Source: an uncultured Rhodopirellula sp.
GTDB lineage: Bacteria > Planctomycetota > Planctomycetia > Pirellulales > Pirellulaceae
Direction: 5' to 3'
Length of the DNA stretch: 64,000 nucleotides
NCBI GenBank assembly: GCA_964007735.1
Contig: CAXGAI010000011.1
Coordinates: forward strand, 62,001-126,000
Below the pieces are notes generated by a model that was given only the letters and a program-made list of their open reading frames with translations, did no database searches and had not been told where the DNA came from. Positions 40,105-50,065 of the stretch are shown here, in pieces; within the stretch, counting starts at the first letter, position 1; each line of letters starts with the position of its first letter. The position numbers and the translations under genes are program-made.

Positions 40105-40938
40105 TTGAGTGACGAAAAGCAAGATTTTGACATCATCCCGCAATATGACTCTATCGACCAAATTGAACGGGACCTAGGATTCTTTCCCGCAAAAGAGCAA
40201 AGCTGCAAGACCCTAACGACGGAACAGGTGAAGCACTACAACGAAAACGGCTATGTCTCAAATCTTGAGATTTTCTCAAAGCGCGAAGCCGATGATCTGC
40301 GAGAGTATTTCGATGCTTTACTTGAAGAAGCGATTGAGGCTGGTGGTGATAGTTACTCAATTAGCACAGCGCACTTTAAACACGCAAAAGTCTACGACCT
40401 GTTAAAGCACTCTACTATCGTTAACTATGTCAAAGACATCCTTGGTGAAAATGTAGTCGGTTGGGGAAGTCACTTCTTCTGCAAAATGCCTCATGACGGC
40501 AAGGCTGTATCCTGGCACCAGGATGCGAGCTATTGGCCGTTAACTCCCTCTAAAACTGCTACGGTTTGGTTGGCGATTGATGATGCGGACACGGAAAATG
40601 CGTGTATGCGTTTCATACCGCAATCTCACCTGCATGGCCACATAGAATGGCGTGAAAGCCGTGCCCACGAAAATAACGTATTAAATCAAACGGTTGACAA
40701 TGCATTAGACTTTGGCGCCCCCCCGGTTGATAACGAATTGAAGGCAGGACAAATGTCCATTCACAACGATCTTTTACTCCATGGGAGCGCTGCCAATGGT
40801 TCTGATCGCAGACGTTGTGGATTGACGCTGAGATATTGCGCGGCTGATGTCCATGCATACATGGATTGGAATCTCAAGGGTGTTGTGGTAGCCGGGGAAG
40901 CGGATCCAAGGTTATGGCCCGGAGCAACTCGTCCTTAA
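40105..40938 (+). CDS. Phytanoyl-CoA dioxygenase family Fe(II)/2-oxoglutarate dioxygenase
   Basis: WHQD...HGS...RR facial triad. TTG start at 40105 is preceded by GGAGG (ORF track 40072). Confidence 0.9.
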   Translation: MSDEKQDFDIIPQYDSIDQIERDLGFFPAKEQSCKTLTTEQVKHYNENGYVSNLEIFSKREADDLREYFDALLEEAIEAGGDSYSISTAHFKHAKVYDLLKHSTIVNYVKDILGENVVGWGSHFFCKMPHDGKAVSWHQDASYWPLTPSKTATVWLAIDDADTENACMRFIPQSHLHGHIEWRESRAHENNVLNQTVDNALDFGAPPVDNELKAGQMSIHNDLLLHGSAANGSDRRRCGLTLRYCAADVHAYMDWNLKGVVVAGEADPRLWPGATRP

Positions 40939-40940
40939 AG

Positions 40941-40973
40941 AAAAAAAGGGCAAGCGATAACACTTGCCCTTTT
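40941..40973. terminator. Bidirectional intrinsic terminator
   Basis: AAAAGGGCAAG(40944-40954)-CGATAACA-CTTGCCCTTTT(40963-40973) between convergent genes, with A- and T-runs on either side. Confidence 0.88.
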
Positions 40974-40998
40974 GAAACTCTATCTATACGAACTTAGA

Positions 40999-41952
40999 TT
41001 ATTCATCTTCGTTATTTTCATTCTGCGGTTTGACAGGATTTGCGGGAACTGCTTCCTGCCCATCAGGAACCGGCTGAGGTTCTGGAGTTGGTTCTGGTGC
41101 AGGCTCTTGAACATTAAGTTGAGCAACAGCGTCGTTAACCTGAGTCGTTACCGCGGCTGTCAGATCAGCGAGAGCCTTCTCAAGGCTGGCTTTAGCGCTT
41201 TGATCCGCGGAAGCAAACGATTTAGCTAATTCCAACGCGAATTCATCATTTTGCTTGGCAAGTGTCTTTGCCAATTCTTCTACCTTAGCAGCCAGATTGG
41301 TTTCACTGGTGGTCGTAAGCTCCTCGATCATCTTCTCATTGGCTTTCGCTTGTTCTTGAGAAACCGTCTGGAATTCCTCTGTCAACGTCTTGAACATCGT
41401 AGCTAGGCGATTACGAGCTCGCTTAGTTGCCTGCGTGTGCTTCTTCATAGCTGTTTCATGAGCTAGTTGAATTTCACTTTTAAACTTAGCATTTGCCTCT
41501 GCAATCGCCTTACCTTGCGCATCTAAGGCTTGCATCGCATCAGCATGCTGCTTTGATAGACCTGCCGCATGAGCTTTATTAGCTGTGGACAGGTTTTGAG
41601 CATGTGCTTTTGCATCAGCCGTCAACTGACTACTGTGTTGCTGAGCCTGCTGCTGTAGCTTCTTACTCTCCGAAGCCACCTTTGCCTCAGTAGCTTTGCG
41701 TAACGTTTCAGTTGCAACAGCGACGTCCTTATCAAGCTTGTCAGACAATTCTCCATAGAGTTCGCCCTTTAGCTCCTGCTTCAATTGTTCGCGTTGATAC
41801 TCTTTTGCCCTGCGGAACAAAAGCGGTTTCTTAAAGATGGGGTCTTTCTTCGATTGAGCTTGCACTTCAACAAAATCAACAAAGAAAACCGACATTGCAC
41901 AAGCAACGGCCAGAACGAATCGTGAGTTAAACATATTACCTATCTCCTGCAT
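40999..41952 (-). CDS. Exported Ala/Lys/Gln-rich coiled-coil protein with a Pro/Glu tail
   Basis: Signal peptide (..EVQA|Q), long heptad-like helix and C-terminal EPAPEPTPEPQP. Confidence 0.75.
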   Translation of the reverse strand: MQEIGNMFNSRFVLAVACAMSVFFVDFVEVQAQSKKDPIFKKPLLFRRAKEYQREQLKQELKGELYGELSDKLDKDVAVATETLRKATEAKVASESKKLQQQAQQHSSQLTADAKAHAQNLSTANKAHAAGLSKQHADAMQALDAQGKAIAEANAKFKSEIQLAHETAMKKHTQATKRARNRLATMFKTLTEEFQTVSQEQAKANEKMIEELTTTSETNLAAKVEELAKTLAKQNDEFALELAKSFASADQSAKASLEKALADLTAAVTTQVNDAVAQLNVQEPAPEPTPEPQPVPDGQEAVPANPVKPQNENNEDE

Positions 41953-42197
41953 ATTTCCTCATCTAAGGAATCGGCAAACTCCACTTGTTGTTACCGTTAA
42001 ATATTCCCAAAACAATGGTAAATAGCTCAATTTATCTATTTTACCCGTTAGATTCGGAAAAAGGCAATCGTAATTCTCAGAAGAGTCGAATCCAATGGCC
42101 TCAGAAGCAATCCGTATTCCACAAAACCGGCATAATCGTTACTATTTCCGCGAATTACTGTACTTACAAGACTGATTTATATAACTGGATTAAAACG

Positions 42198-43586
42198 TTG
42201 AATCGTCGACAAGCTTTAACTGCAATAGCGTTACTAATTTCACTCTTTGTATGTGATCTGCCTGGCCAGGATAATCCATTACCTGAGTTGACCCTTCAGG
42301 AAGCTGCTCCAGCCACGGTTGTCCCCGAAGACTCGCTATCTGAGCTAACTGAATCTGTACTTTCTTTACAAGAAGAAGCGACCTCGCCAGACACTACGTC
42401 ATCAGAATCGCAACCGCTAACGAATGAACCAAGTGCCCAGCCGGATGGACCTGATGTCCAGGAATATATCGAACCTCGCAGGCTGCGTGATATAGACCTA
42501 GATCTATTCGAAAACCGCCTCAAGCTTTTTCGCGGTTTTAAAGAATGGGATACAGACCAAGTAGGTCGTTGGGCGCGAATCGACTACCTCATCTCCTGGA
42601 GACGTGGAACAAGAACTCCGTCTCTGGCAACTACAAGCACAGCCGGAACCCCCATTGAGGAAGCAGGGGTGTTAGGACTAAGTTCAACCTCTAATCTACT
42701 AGGTAGTAACACGTTAAATGACGAGGCCACTCCGGGCATTCGAGTGGATTTTGGAAGATGGCTCCCGGGAAGCGAAACAGGGATCGGTGCGAGGTTTTAT
42801 TCTATGTTTGATGCAGGTTCAACCCACACTTTTAACGAAGGTATTGTGTCTCGTCCATTCTTTAATGTCGATGCCGGAGAAAACCAATCACTTCCGATCA
42901 ACTTTCCGGGAAGTGAGGCGGGCTCTCTAACAGTCAGTTCAGCAGCCAAAATGCTGGGAACCGACGTTTACGTTATGCGTCCATGGAGATCTAGCGGTAT
43001 CGCTCGCATCAATTTCATCGCTGGGTATCAGTTCAGTCGATTCGACGAATCACTTATGCTCCGTAGTGATTCCACAAATCTAGATGGTCGCAACTCCATT
43101 CCTGTTGGCACCCAGTTAGAAGTAACGGATTCGTTTCGGACTAGGAATATCTTTCACGGCGGTTTGATTGGACTTTCCTCCGACATCAACGGAGGTGACT
43201 ACACTGTTTCTTTCTTAGCAAAAGTTGGACTTGGTAGCGTGAATCATTCCATCGTAACTAGTGGTTCTAGTGTCATCACCGATCCAGGTGGAGGTACCAA
43301 TACACTCGAGGGACTTCTCGTTCGCAATAGTAATCAGGGTGAGTTTAGTAGCAATCGCTTTACCGCTATCCCAGAATTCAGTGTCCGGTATACCAAACAT
43401 CTAAACGATTCTCTTGATTTCTCGCTGGGCTATTCTGTTATTTATTGGGGACATGCTGTCCAGCCGGGCAACCAAGTTGATATCAATGTTGATATGACTA
43501 ATACCACTGGCCAACCTATCATGCCCTTTGCCATTGATCATTACTGGGCACAATCGCTCAACATGGGCTTAACCTTCCGTTATTAA
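42198..43586 (+). CDS. BBP7-like planctomycete outer-membrane beta-barrel protein
   Basis: Signal peptide from TTG 42198; WARIDYLISW, SRPFFNV, DSFRTRNIFHGG, GYSVIYW...PGNQVD and terminal LNMGLTFRY with an aromatic last residue. The ORF track start 41985 is too far upstream. Confidence 0.78.
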   Translation: MNRRQALTAIALLISLFVCDLPGQDNPLPELTLQEAAPATVVPEDSLSELTESVLSLQEEATSPDTTSSESQPLTNEPSAQPDGPDVQEYIEPRRLRDIDLDLFENRLKLFRGFKEWDTDQVGRWARIDYLISWRRGTRTPSLATTSTAGTPIEEAGVLGLSSTSNLLGSNTLNDEATPGIRVDFGRWLPGSETGIGARFYSMFDAGSTHTFNEGIVSRPFFNVDAGENQSLPINFPGSEAGSLTVSSAAKMLGTDVYVMRPWRSSGIARINFIAGYQFSRFDESLMLRSDSTNLDGRNSIPVGTQLEVTDSFRTRNIFHGGLIGLSSDINGGDYTVSFLAKVGLGSVNHSIVTSGSSVITDPGGGTNTLEGLLVRNSNQGEFSSNRFTAIPEFSVRYTKHLNDSLDFSLGYSVIYWGHAVQPGNQVDINVDMTNTTGQPIMPFAIDHYWAQSLNMGLTFRY

Positions 43587-43745
43587 GTCCCAATTGAATC
43601 AGCTTACTCAGTTTGGCAAACTAGCTAGCTCCAGCCATCTATCATCACGGCTTACATTACACACCGTGCGAACTTTCTTACCGTCGTCTCACACTCTAAG
43701 AAGACAGCATCTTCGTACATAAAATAGTGGGTAGAACCGATGGCA

Positions 43746-46700
43746 TCACCGGTTAAAAAAGCGGGCTAAAGAATCGATGGCATCATCTAGCTGCTCGCTA
43801 ACAAGCCAGTCATCTTCTGTACTCATCTCACCTTCGCCTGAGTCTGCACCAACGATCTTGGCTTTAAGCGAATCATAATTAGACGATTCAGCTAAGTCAT
43901 TTAATGTTAGATTGATCGTCTCCACCAGTTGATTTTGATCATCTACGATCATTACATCTCTCAACTGAGCACCCCAGTCATGCCATACATCCGAGTTGCC
44001 GTCAGCATCACTGTCTTGATCCTGAAGCCAGGGCAAATCTCTGCCGGCTGTGATCGAAGTATTGCCCGACTCCCTACCAGCCAGATTAATTCCGACAATC
44101 TCAACTCCAAGATCCGGATAATTCGTCTCCAGATCTTCCTGTAAAGCATCCAAGTGTCCAAATTGAGCGGAACAATAACTGCAGGTTGCGAGCCCAAAAT
44201 AGTAAACAGAAATATTTCCGTTCAAATCCCGGGGCGAAACATCGGCCTGAAAGGTTGAGGACGTTGTATTCACATCAGACAGACTAAACTCGGGAACGAG
44301 TGTTAAGCCATCGTCTGTATTGCCATCGTCTGTATTGCCATCGTCTGTATTGCCATCGTCTGTATTGCCATCGTCATTTTGAGAATTGGGCACCACGGAG
44401 AAATTGGCCTCCTGAGGAGTATCTCGCAACACAATCATCGGAGTATCTTCGTGACCGGCCACATGTCGCAATTCGTTATCTGATTCCCATGACAGGACAC
44501 CACGTTGCGTCTCCCCTTCATCACCGGTGACATCAATCACCAACGAATGACTATCTGGATCCCAAATAACGGCCGTGTCTTGATAAGCGGACCACTCAGA
44601 CCCTACTGCAACCCATGCTTCTTCCACTGAAGCGCCGAAACTAGCAACCATCGTTGGCTCAGCTGGCTTGTTAAAAAAGTCCATCAACGATAAGGTTTGT
44701 GCTTCTCTACCTTTCTCCGTAAAATTCGCGTCATCAACAGACTCACCGTACCCTAAAGTCACACTAAACGAATTACTATCAAAAGTAATATCGGGGCTAG
44801 CCCCAACAAATCCTCCATCCACAAGATAACGTGGCTGCGTCTGAGTAACCGTGTAATCACCTGCTTTCAAGTTCCCAAACTCATAATTCCCACTTAAGTC
44901 GGTTTGCAGTTGTTGGTAAACCTCTTCTCCATCAATATCAGTACCACTCAGTGTGACCTGAATGCCCCCCAATACCAATTCCTCATCATCTTGAATACCA
45001 TCGGCATTGGCGTCAATGAAAACCACTCCGGAAAGACCGCCCGGCAGGTAGTCTGTAATCGACAACGTCACGACCGCGTCATCAGTCAATCCATCTTCAT
45101 CGGTGATGGTATATGTAAAAGAATCTTCTCCCGCAAATCCCGCTGGTGGAGAATACACCAGATTATTTCCCGAATTGACGATCTGAACCGTTCCACCTTC
45201 TGCTGTAGCAGTAACCGAGGTGACAACCAGAACTTCTGCCGGGTCCGGGGCGGAAGTATCGTTATCTAACACATCCAAACCATCTCCTGCAGAATCAACG
45301 ACGACAGTATACTCATCATCAATAGCTGTCGGAGCATCAGGAGTATTTTCAATCGTCACAATCACGTTAGCCTGACTTGAGGCACCATTGCTATCGGTAA
45401 CAGTATAGGTAAATGACTCAGCACCAAAGTAGTCCGGCGCTGGTGAATATACAACCTTTGTTCCATCGGGGCTAACACTGGCAACACCACCCTCAGACGG
45501 TGCTGATACAGAGACCAACGAAAGTGACTCGTCTTCATCCGGAAAAGCTGTATCGTTTGCAAGAACAGCAAGCTCGTTATCAATGGAGTCCTCGTCCACG
45601 GTAAAAGTGTCGCTCACCGCATCTGGTATATCATTGACCGACTGAACATGGACCGTTACGTTCCCCGTAGCCTGCCCACCGTTACTATCCTCTATTGTGT
45701 AGCTAAAATTGTCTGTTCCCACAAAATTGATAGCTGGCGTGTAGAGAACATACATGCCGTTACTGGCAATCGATACAGCACCGTTTCCATCACCTTGAGT
45801 AACGTTCACTATATTAATCGTTTCGCCCGTATCGGGAGCGATTGAGTCGTTGTCCATTAAGTCCAGAAGAATGTTGAAGTCATCCTCATTCACCGAATTA
45901 AAAACATCATCATTGGCTGTTGGGGGATCCTGAACAGGAAATACCTGCACGGTAACAGTAGCCTGTGAACTTCCTGATTCGTCTCCGGCTGTATAAGTGA
46001 ATACCTCTTGCCCAAAGTAGTCCGCAGACGGAGCATACTCCAAACTCTTGCCATCAGATGCAATGGAGACCACACCGCCATTACTTGGCGTAGATACTGA
46101 GGAAATGATTAATGTGTTATCTGAGTCACCATCATTGCTGAGCACATTTAGAGTATTCCCGGAAGTGTCTTCGTCGAAATTGTAAGCATCATCGGTTGGA
46201 CTGAAACCCAGCCCAACTTGCAGATCCAATGAATTAAAAACAATCACATCTGAATCAATCGCTGTATTTGTACCAAAAAGCAATGTATCAGTATGTGGAC
46301 TATTGTCAGCAGACTCGGCTGCAATGGTTACTGCTCCGGCAGAAACCGCTCGCATAGGCACACTAAAAACCAGGAATTGCCCGCCCCCTAACTCATTAAA
46401 CCCGCCTGTACCGCCAGCCTCGTCTATTAGATTTCCGCTGGAAGTATCGCCGGTATGAACATTGGGGAATGCTGTGCCATAGGTTAAAGGACCGGTTACT
46501 TCAACACGATTGTCACTCCAAACAACATCCAAGTAAGCCGAGAAAGCTCCTCGCGGAGTCTCTCGCAAGTCCTCGACTAAAACCCGTAATACAAAATCAT
46601 CGCCGACTGTAACTGCCGAGACAGCATTGCCATCGGCATCCGTAAGTTCTAACGAATACTCAACTAAAGCATCACCGTCTACGTCCAAATTTGCCACTAA

Positions 46701-48635
46701 ATCACGAATATTACCCGCTGCATCCGTGGCACGAACGGTAAAGGTATTAATTCCAAGCTGATTTGCATTGGGACGCCATTGCAGAACACCGGTGGAAGAA
46801 TCCACACTCAAGCCCATCGGCTCCCCAATCGTTGCGTAAGAGAAACCCGCTGTCCCCTCTTCAGAGTTATTGATATTGAAAGAATAGTCTTGAGCTAATG
46901 GGACGGTTTCTGTTAATCCCGACTCGAACGATCCAACTGACGAATCAATGCTGATGTTTAATGCTGAAGACGGAATGCTCTCAACCCCCTCAGAAATCTG
47001 AGTCGCTGTAATTGCAACTTGCCCGTCTTCAATGAGGAGATTTCCTGCTGTCGTAATCGTCACCTGTGTCCCGGTGGCGGTGGCAGAACCGATTTCGTTC
47101 GTTCCGGCAAACAAACGAACGAGAGCGCCATTTTCTACACCATCTACAATGAAACTAAGCGCTGTCGACGAGGATACGTTGTTGTGATTTGTAATATCAT
47201 CGGCATCACTTACCCCAGAATCAGAAATCGACGCTAAATCAATGGAGGTTGGAGGCTGGATCAGGCGATTAGAAAAATCTTTATTCTCAATATGCTCACC
47301 AACCCTTAAGTCCAAACTATGACTCGCCGGATCATTCGGAAGCGTTTGCTTATAAGGAGAGGAAGCCAGTTGCTTGAGTTGATGTGTACCGATCGGTAAC
47401 CGCAGTGAATAAATACCGTCTGCATTAGTTTGCACCGAGAATTCGTTTGCATCTAATACGTTATCACCATCTGTGTCACTAAAAACTGTAAAGCCTTCTA
47501 AACCTGTCTCTGTTTCTGAATCAAACACTCCGTTGCTATTACTATCTGCGTATACACGTCCACTGACAGTAGCATCTGCCATCACATCAGTGAAGGCCAC
47601 GAGTTGATTCCCCACAGCAACTGGTAAATCAGTAAATGCCCCACCAAGATTCTGGCGTCCGAGAGCAGCAATCGAATCCGCTGCCGCCATATCTAGAATC
47701 TTAGCAAAGACCGTGAATCCACCATTTTGACTGTCCAGATTAGCACTGTTGTCCGCCAAATTTACAAACCACTGACTAGTTGCACTATTAGGATCCCCGC
47801 CTAATTTGGCCATCGCAACAGTGCCCCGGGTATTGGAAACAGCAAATTCATTGATTACAGGGCTATCCGTAGGAACGGAACTAAGTTGACTTGTACTCGT
47901 AAGCGTCGGACTATCCGTAATAAAACCGCCGCCCTGAATTACAAACCCTGGTACCGAGCGATGGATAATTGATCCCTGATAGTCACCGTCGGAAACATAA
48001 TTCAAGAAGTTTTCAACCGTATTGGGGGCCGCCTCCGATAGCATCTCGAATAGAAGCGTCCCACTATTGCTTTCCAGTGCCACAATGTCTGAAGAACCGT
48101 ATACCAACACGATACGGTCATTGTTGTGAATTTGATAATCAGCATACGAGTGTACCGGCGTGCCATTGACGTACATCCGTAGGACGTTGTCGGCATCAAC
48201 AACATCACCCATTAACTCCGTTGTTGAAAATGTCGCAGCCGCGTTATTGCCTATATCACCCGCCGAAGTACGCCAAGTTTCAAAGATGTCACCAACCGTA
48301 ACGTACTCAGTTGGAGTGTCTATAAGGTCATCACCATCAATATCTGCAGGGGCAATCGAAACCGAACTTCCGACTCCAGAAGTCGTGACAAAAGCCGAAT
48401 CTTCGCCTGAGGTAACCCCGAGATTTGCAGGTAGGTCTACTAAAGCCCCATCGCTGTAAATTAGCACATCAGCTTGAATGGTATCCCCTAGATCATGTCC
48501 CGGAACAGCACCATGCGGAGTGTCCGTAACACCATATAGTAATTGACGAGACTCAAGCCGTTCTATCGCCAGCCCCTGCAAAAAACGTTGGCGTCGCTGT
48601 TGTGTCTTCGAACGTTTAAATAACCCACGCAACAT
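43746..48635 (-). CDS. Giant surface protein: LEPRxLL-type leader, cyclophilin PPIase, SdrD-B/Ig/cadherin-like repeats, C-terminal CxxC redoxin-like domain
   Basis: IERLESRQLL; APNTVENFLNY..HRSVPGFVIQGGG..SNTRGTVAMAK..NSATSQWFVN; SG.V(Y/F).D.N.(N/D)G units; four D.(F/Y)...ED...L.VL.ND...Y.P...(Y/F).G...F.Y units; FSLSDVN...YFGLATCSYC; GEGE near the C-terminus. Confidence 0.88.
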   Translation of the reverse strand: MLRGLFKRSKTQQRRQRFLQGLAIERLESRQLLYGVTDTPHGAVPGHDLGDTIQADVLIYSDGALVDLPANLGVTSGEDSAFVTTSGVGSSVSIAPADIDGDDLIDTPTEYVTVGDIFETWRTSAGDIGNNAAATFSTTELMGDVVDADNVLRMYVNGTPVHSYADYQIHNNDRIVLVYGSSDIVALESNSGTLLFEMLSEAAPNTVENFLNYVSDGDYQGSIIHRSVPGFVIQGGGFITDSPTLTSTSQLSSVPTDSPVINEFAVSNTRGTVAMAKLGGDPNSATSQWFVNLADNSANLDSQNGGFTVFAKILDMAAADSIAALGRQNLGGAFTDLPVAVGNQLVAFTDVMADATVSGRVYADSNSNGVFDSETETGLEGFTVFSDTDGDNVLDANEFSVQTNADGIYSLRLPIGTHQLKQLASSPYKQTLPNDPASHSLDLRVGEHIENKDFSNRLIQPPTSIDLASISDSGVSDADDITNHNNVSSSTALSFIVDGVENGALVRLFAGTNEIGSATATGTQVTITTAGNLLIEDGQVAITATQISEGVESIPSSALNISIDSSVGSFESGLTETVPLAQDYSFNINNSEEGTAGFSYATIGEPMGLSVDSSTGVLQWRPNANQLGINTFTVRATDAAGNIRDLVANLDVDGDALVEYSLELTDADGNAVSAVTVGDDFVLRVLVEDLRETPRGAFSAYLDVVWSDNRVEVTGPLTYGTAFPNVHTGDTSSGNLIDEAGGTGGFNELGGGQFLVFSVPMRAVSAGAVTIAAESADNSPHTDTLLFGTNTAIDSDVIVFNSLDLQVGLGFSPTDDAYNFDEDTSGNTLNVLSNDGDSDNTLIISSVSTPSNGGVVSIASDGKSLEYAPSADYFGQEVFTYTAGDESGSSQATVTVQVFPVQDPPTANDDVFNSVNEDDFNILLDLMDNDSIAPDTGETINIVNVTQGDGNGAVSIASNGMYVLYTPAINFVGTDNFSYTIEDSNGGQATGNVTVHVQSVNDIPDAVSDTFTVDEDSIDNELAVLANDTAFPDEDESLSLVSVSAPSEGGVASVSPDGTKVVYSPAPDYFGAESFTYTVTDSNGASSQANVIVTIENTPDAPTAIDDEYTVVVDSAGDGLDVLDNDTSAPDPAEVLVVTSVTATAEGGTVQIVNSGNNLVYSPPAGFAGEDSFTYTITDEDGLTDDAVVTLSITDYLPGGLSGVVFIDANADGIQDDEELVLGGIQVTLSGTDIDGEEVYQQLQTDLSGNYEFGNLKAGDYTVTQTQPRYLVDGGFVGASPDITFDSNSFSVTLGYGESVDDANFTEKGREAQTLSLMDFFNKPAEPTMVASFGASVEEAWVAVGSEWSAYQDTAVIWDPDSHSLVIDVTGDEGETQRGVLSWESDNELRHVAGHEDTPMIVLRDTPQEANFSVVPNSQNDDGNTDDGNTDDGNTDDGNTDDGLTLVPEFSLSDVNTTSSTFQADVSPRDLNGNISVYYFGLATCSYCSAQFGHLDALQEDLETNYPDLGVEIVGINLAGRESGNTSITAGRDLPWLQDQDSDADGNSDVWHDWGAQLRDVMIVDDQNQLVETINLTLNDLAESSNYDSLKAKIVGADSGEGEMSTEDDWLVSEQLDDAIDSLARFFNR
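44307..44375. repeat. Perfect 15-bp tandem repeat (4.6 copies) encoding a (DDGNT)n linker
   Basis: GCCATCGTCTGTATT x4 plus GCCATCGTC. Confidence 0.97.
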
Positions 48636-48950
48636 AACTCTAAAACCTTCCTACATTGCCTAAAATACCTAATTTATAATAATCAGGCGACGGGGACTTC
48701 ACTATCTAGATTTGCCGAAATCCTCAAGTTCACCCTAATAAACGGATGAAAATTGATCACGGATTTGGTTTAGTTTTTTTGATCCACAAGCCAGACTTCT
48801 ACCAGCATCGTGGATTGTGAAGAATCCTAAAAAAGCGAAGACGGCACAACCCTAATCAGGAGGTAACAGACATTTACTGCTCATCTTAGAACACAATCAG
48901 CGCAATTGATTAAAAAGAGGAAACACCCAATTTGAAGGGTTCTAAACGAG

Positions 48951-49925
48951 TTAGGCACGATAATATTCGTGGCATTCCGTACAGGCCTTAGAAATTTCTC
49001 CAACAGCTTTACTAGCACGGTCGGCGTCATTCAATTTTACAGCATCTGCAATTTCACGAGCGGCGGCCTTCATCGAATTCGAGAAATTCATATAATCCTC
49101 ATCCTCACCATCTTCCATCTCTGGCTTTAACAACATTTCGGACAATGCCGCGACGATCTCCGCCTCATGAAATACTTTTTCAACATTGTCTTCAAATGTC
49201 GTGGCATCTGCAGTCCAGGGCTTCAAACGCTCATTTAACGCAATCTCCAATCGCTGCATGACAGGTGAGCGATCAATCAGTTTTCCCCACGTAAAATCAT
49301 CCGGATTCGGCTTGAGGTCGGGAGAGGCTCCTCCAACTAAATCTTCCAAATCGGCTTTACGAAGTTTCGACTCGTTGTAAGATGCATCTGTCCCAACCTT
49401 ACAATTGGCTGCTACTTTTCCAAACGCATCCCGTGCCCCCAACGCCTGCTTCTTCCACCGGACATCACCGTCATACTCAGCAATCACTCCAAACATGGCA
49501 GCTAATGTCGAAAAGTAAAGGCGAGCGGACTGGTAATCTCCCCCCTTAAACTTTCCGGGCACACCAACAACCTTATCCACTTCTAGCTTCGTCGCCTTAA
49601 TCTCATCTTCCAACGTCACATTTGAAATCAACGACGCCCACGCTCCAACACTAGCCCCACCTTCTTTACCGTCGGTTGTCCCGGCTAAATTCGTGGGACT
49701 ACCCGTTTGCATCGGAACCGTATTAATCTGCCGAGGTCCATCGAGACGTGTCTGTGGGTTATCAAAGAAAATAGCTTTCAGGTCCTGCCGCTCCTTGAAG
49801 TCCGGTAATTTAACACGCTTCACCTTAGGTTTACCCTGAGCAAACACCAACATTGCTGGCAAAACGAATAAAGCCAACACGAATAAACACCTAATCTTAC
49901 GACCGATCATAAAATTTTTTCTCAC
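48951..49925 (-). CDS. Exported cytochrome c'-like protein (C-terminal heme)
   Basis: Signal peptide, helical body and CTECH a few residues from the C-terminus, as in class II cytochromes c. Confidence 0.75.
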   Translation of the reverse strand: MRKNFMIGRKIRCLFVLALFVLPAMLVFAQGKPKVKRVKLPDFKERQDLKAIFFDNPQTRLDGPRQINTVPMQTGSPTNLAGTTDGKEGGASVGAWASLISNVTLEDEIKATKLEVDKVVGVPGKFKGGDYQSARLYFSTLAAMFGVIAEYDGDVRWKKQALGARDAFGKVAANCKVGTDASYNESKLRKADLEDLVGGASPDLKPNPDDFTWGKLIDRSPVMQRLEIALNERLKPWTADATTFEDNVEKVFHEAEIVAALSEMLLKPEMEDGEDEDYMNFSNSMKAAAREIADAVKLNDADRASKAVGEISKACTECHEYYRA

Positions 49926-50065
49926 TTTGACAAAACAACTCTGCCCACTGCATTATTAGAGCATCCTCCCCCATTGACAAGCCATTCACAACTTCGGGCA
50001 ACGCAATCATAATAAAAAGTACGCTTCTAACTGCAGCATTCAATATATCGACTATTTACCGCTAA

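Noticed and set aside
43746..43748. TGA stop of the redoxin-containing gene as possible selenocysteine readthrough
   Set aside because: The CxxC is encoded by ordinary Cys codons, and the TGA follows a natural-looking C-terminal tail.
44307..44375. Repeat considered as a CRISPR array
   Set aside because: Head-to-tail 15-mers with no spacers, in frame within a CDS, and no cas genes.
44300..44530. Plus-strand ORF with (HRLYC)n repeats resembling a Cys/His metal-binding peptide or RiPP precursor
   Set aside because: It is the antisense reading of the 15-bp DDGNT linker repeat inside the 1629-aa gene.
48636..48950. Possible c-di-GMP riboswitch upstream of the giant surface protein (GGCAAA on the minus strand)
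   Set aside because: The remaining GEMM elements (GAAA-capped P2 stem, GACGCAAAGC) are absent.
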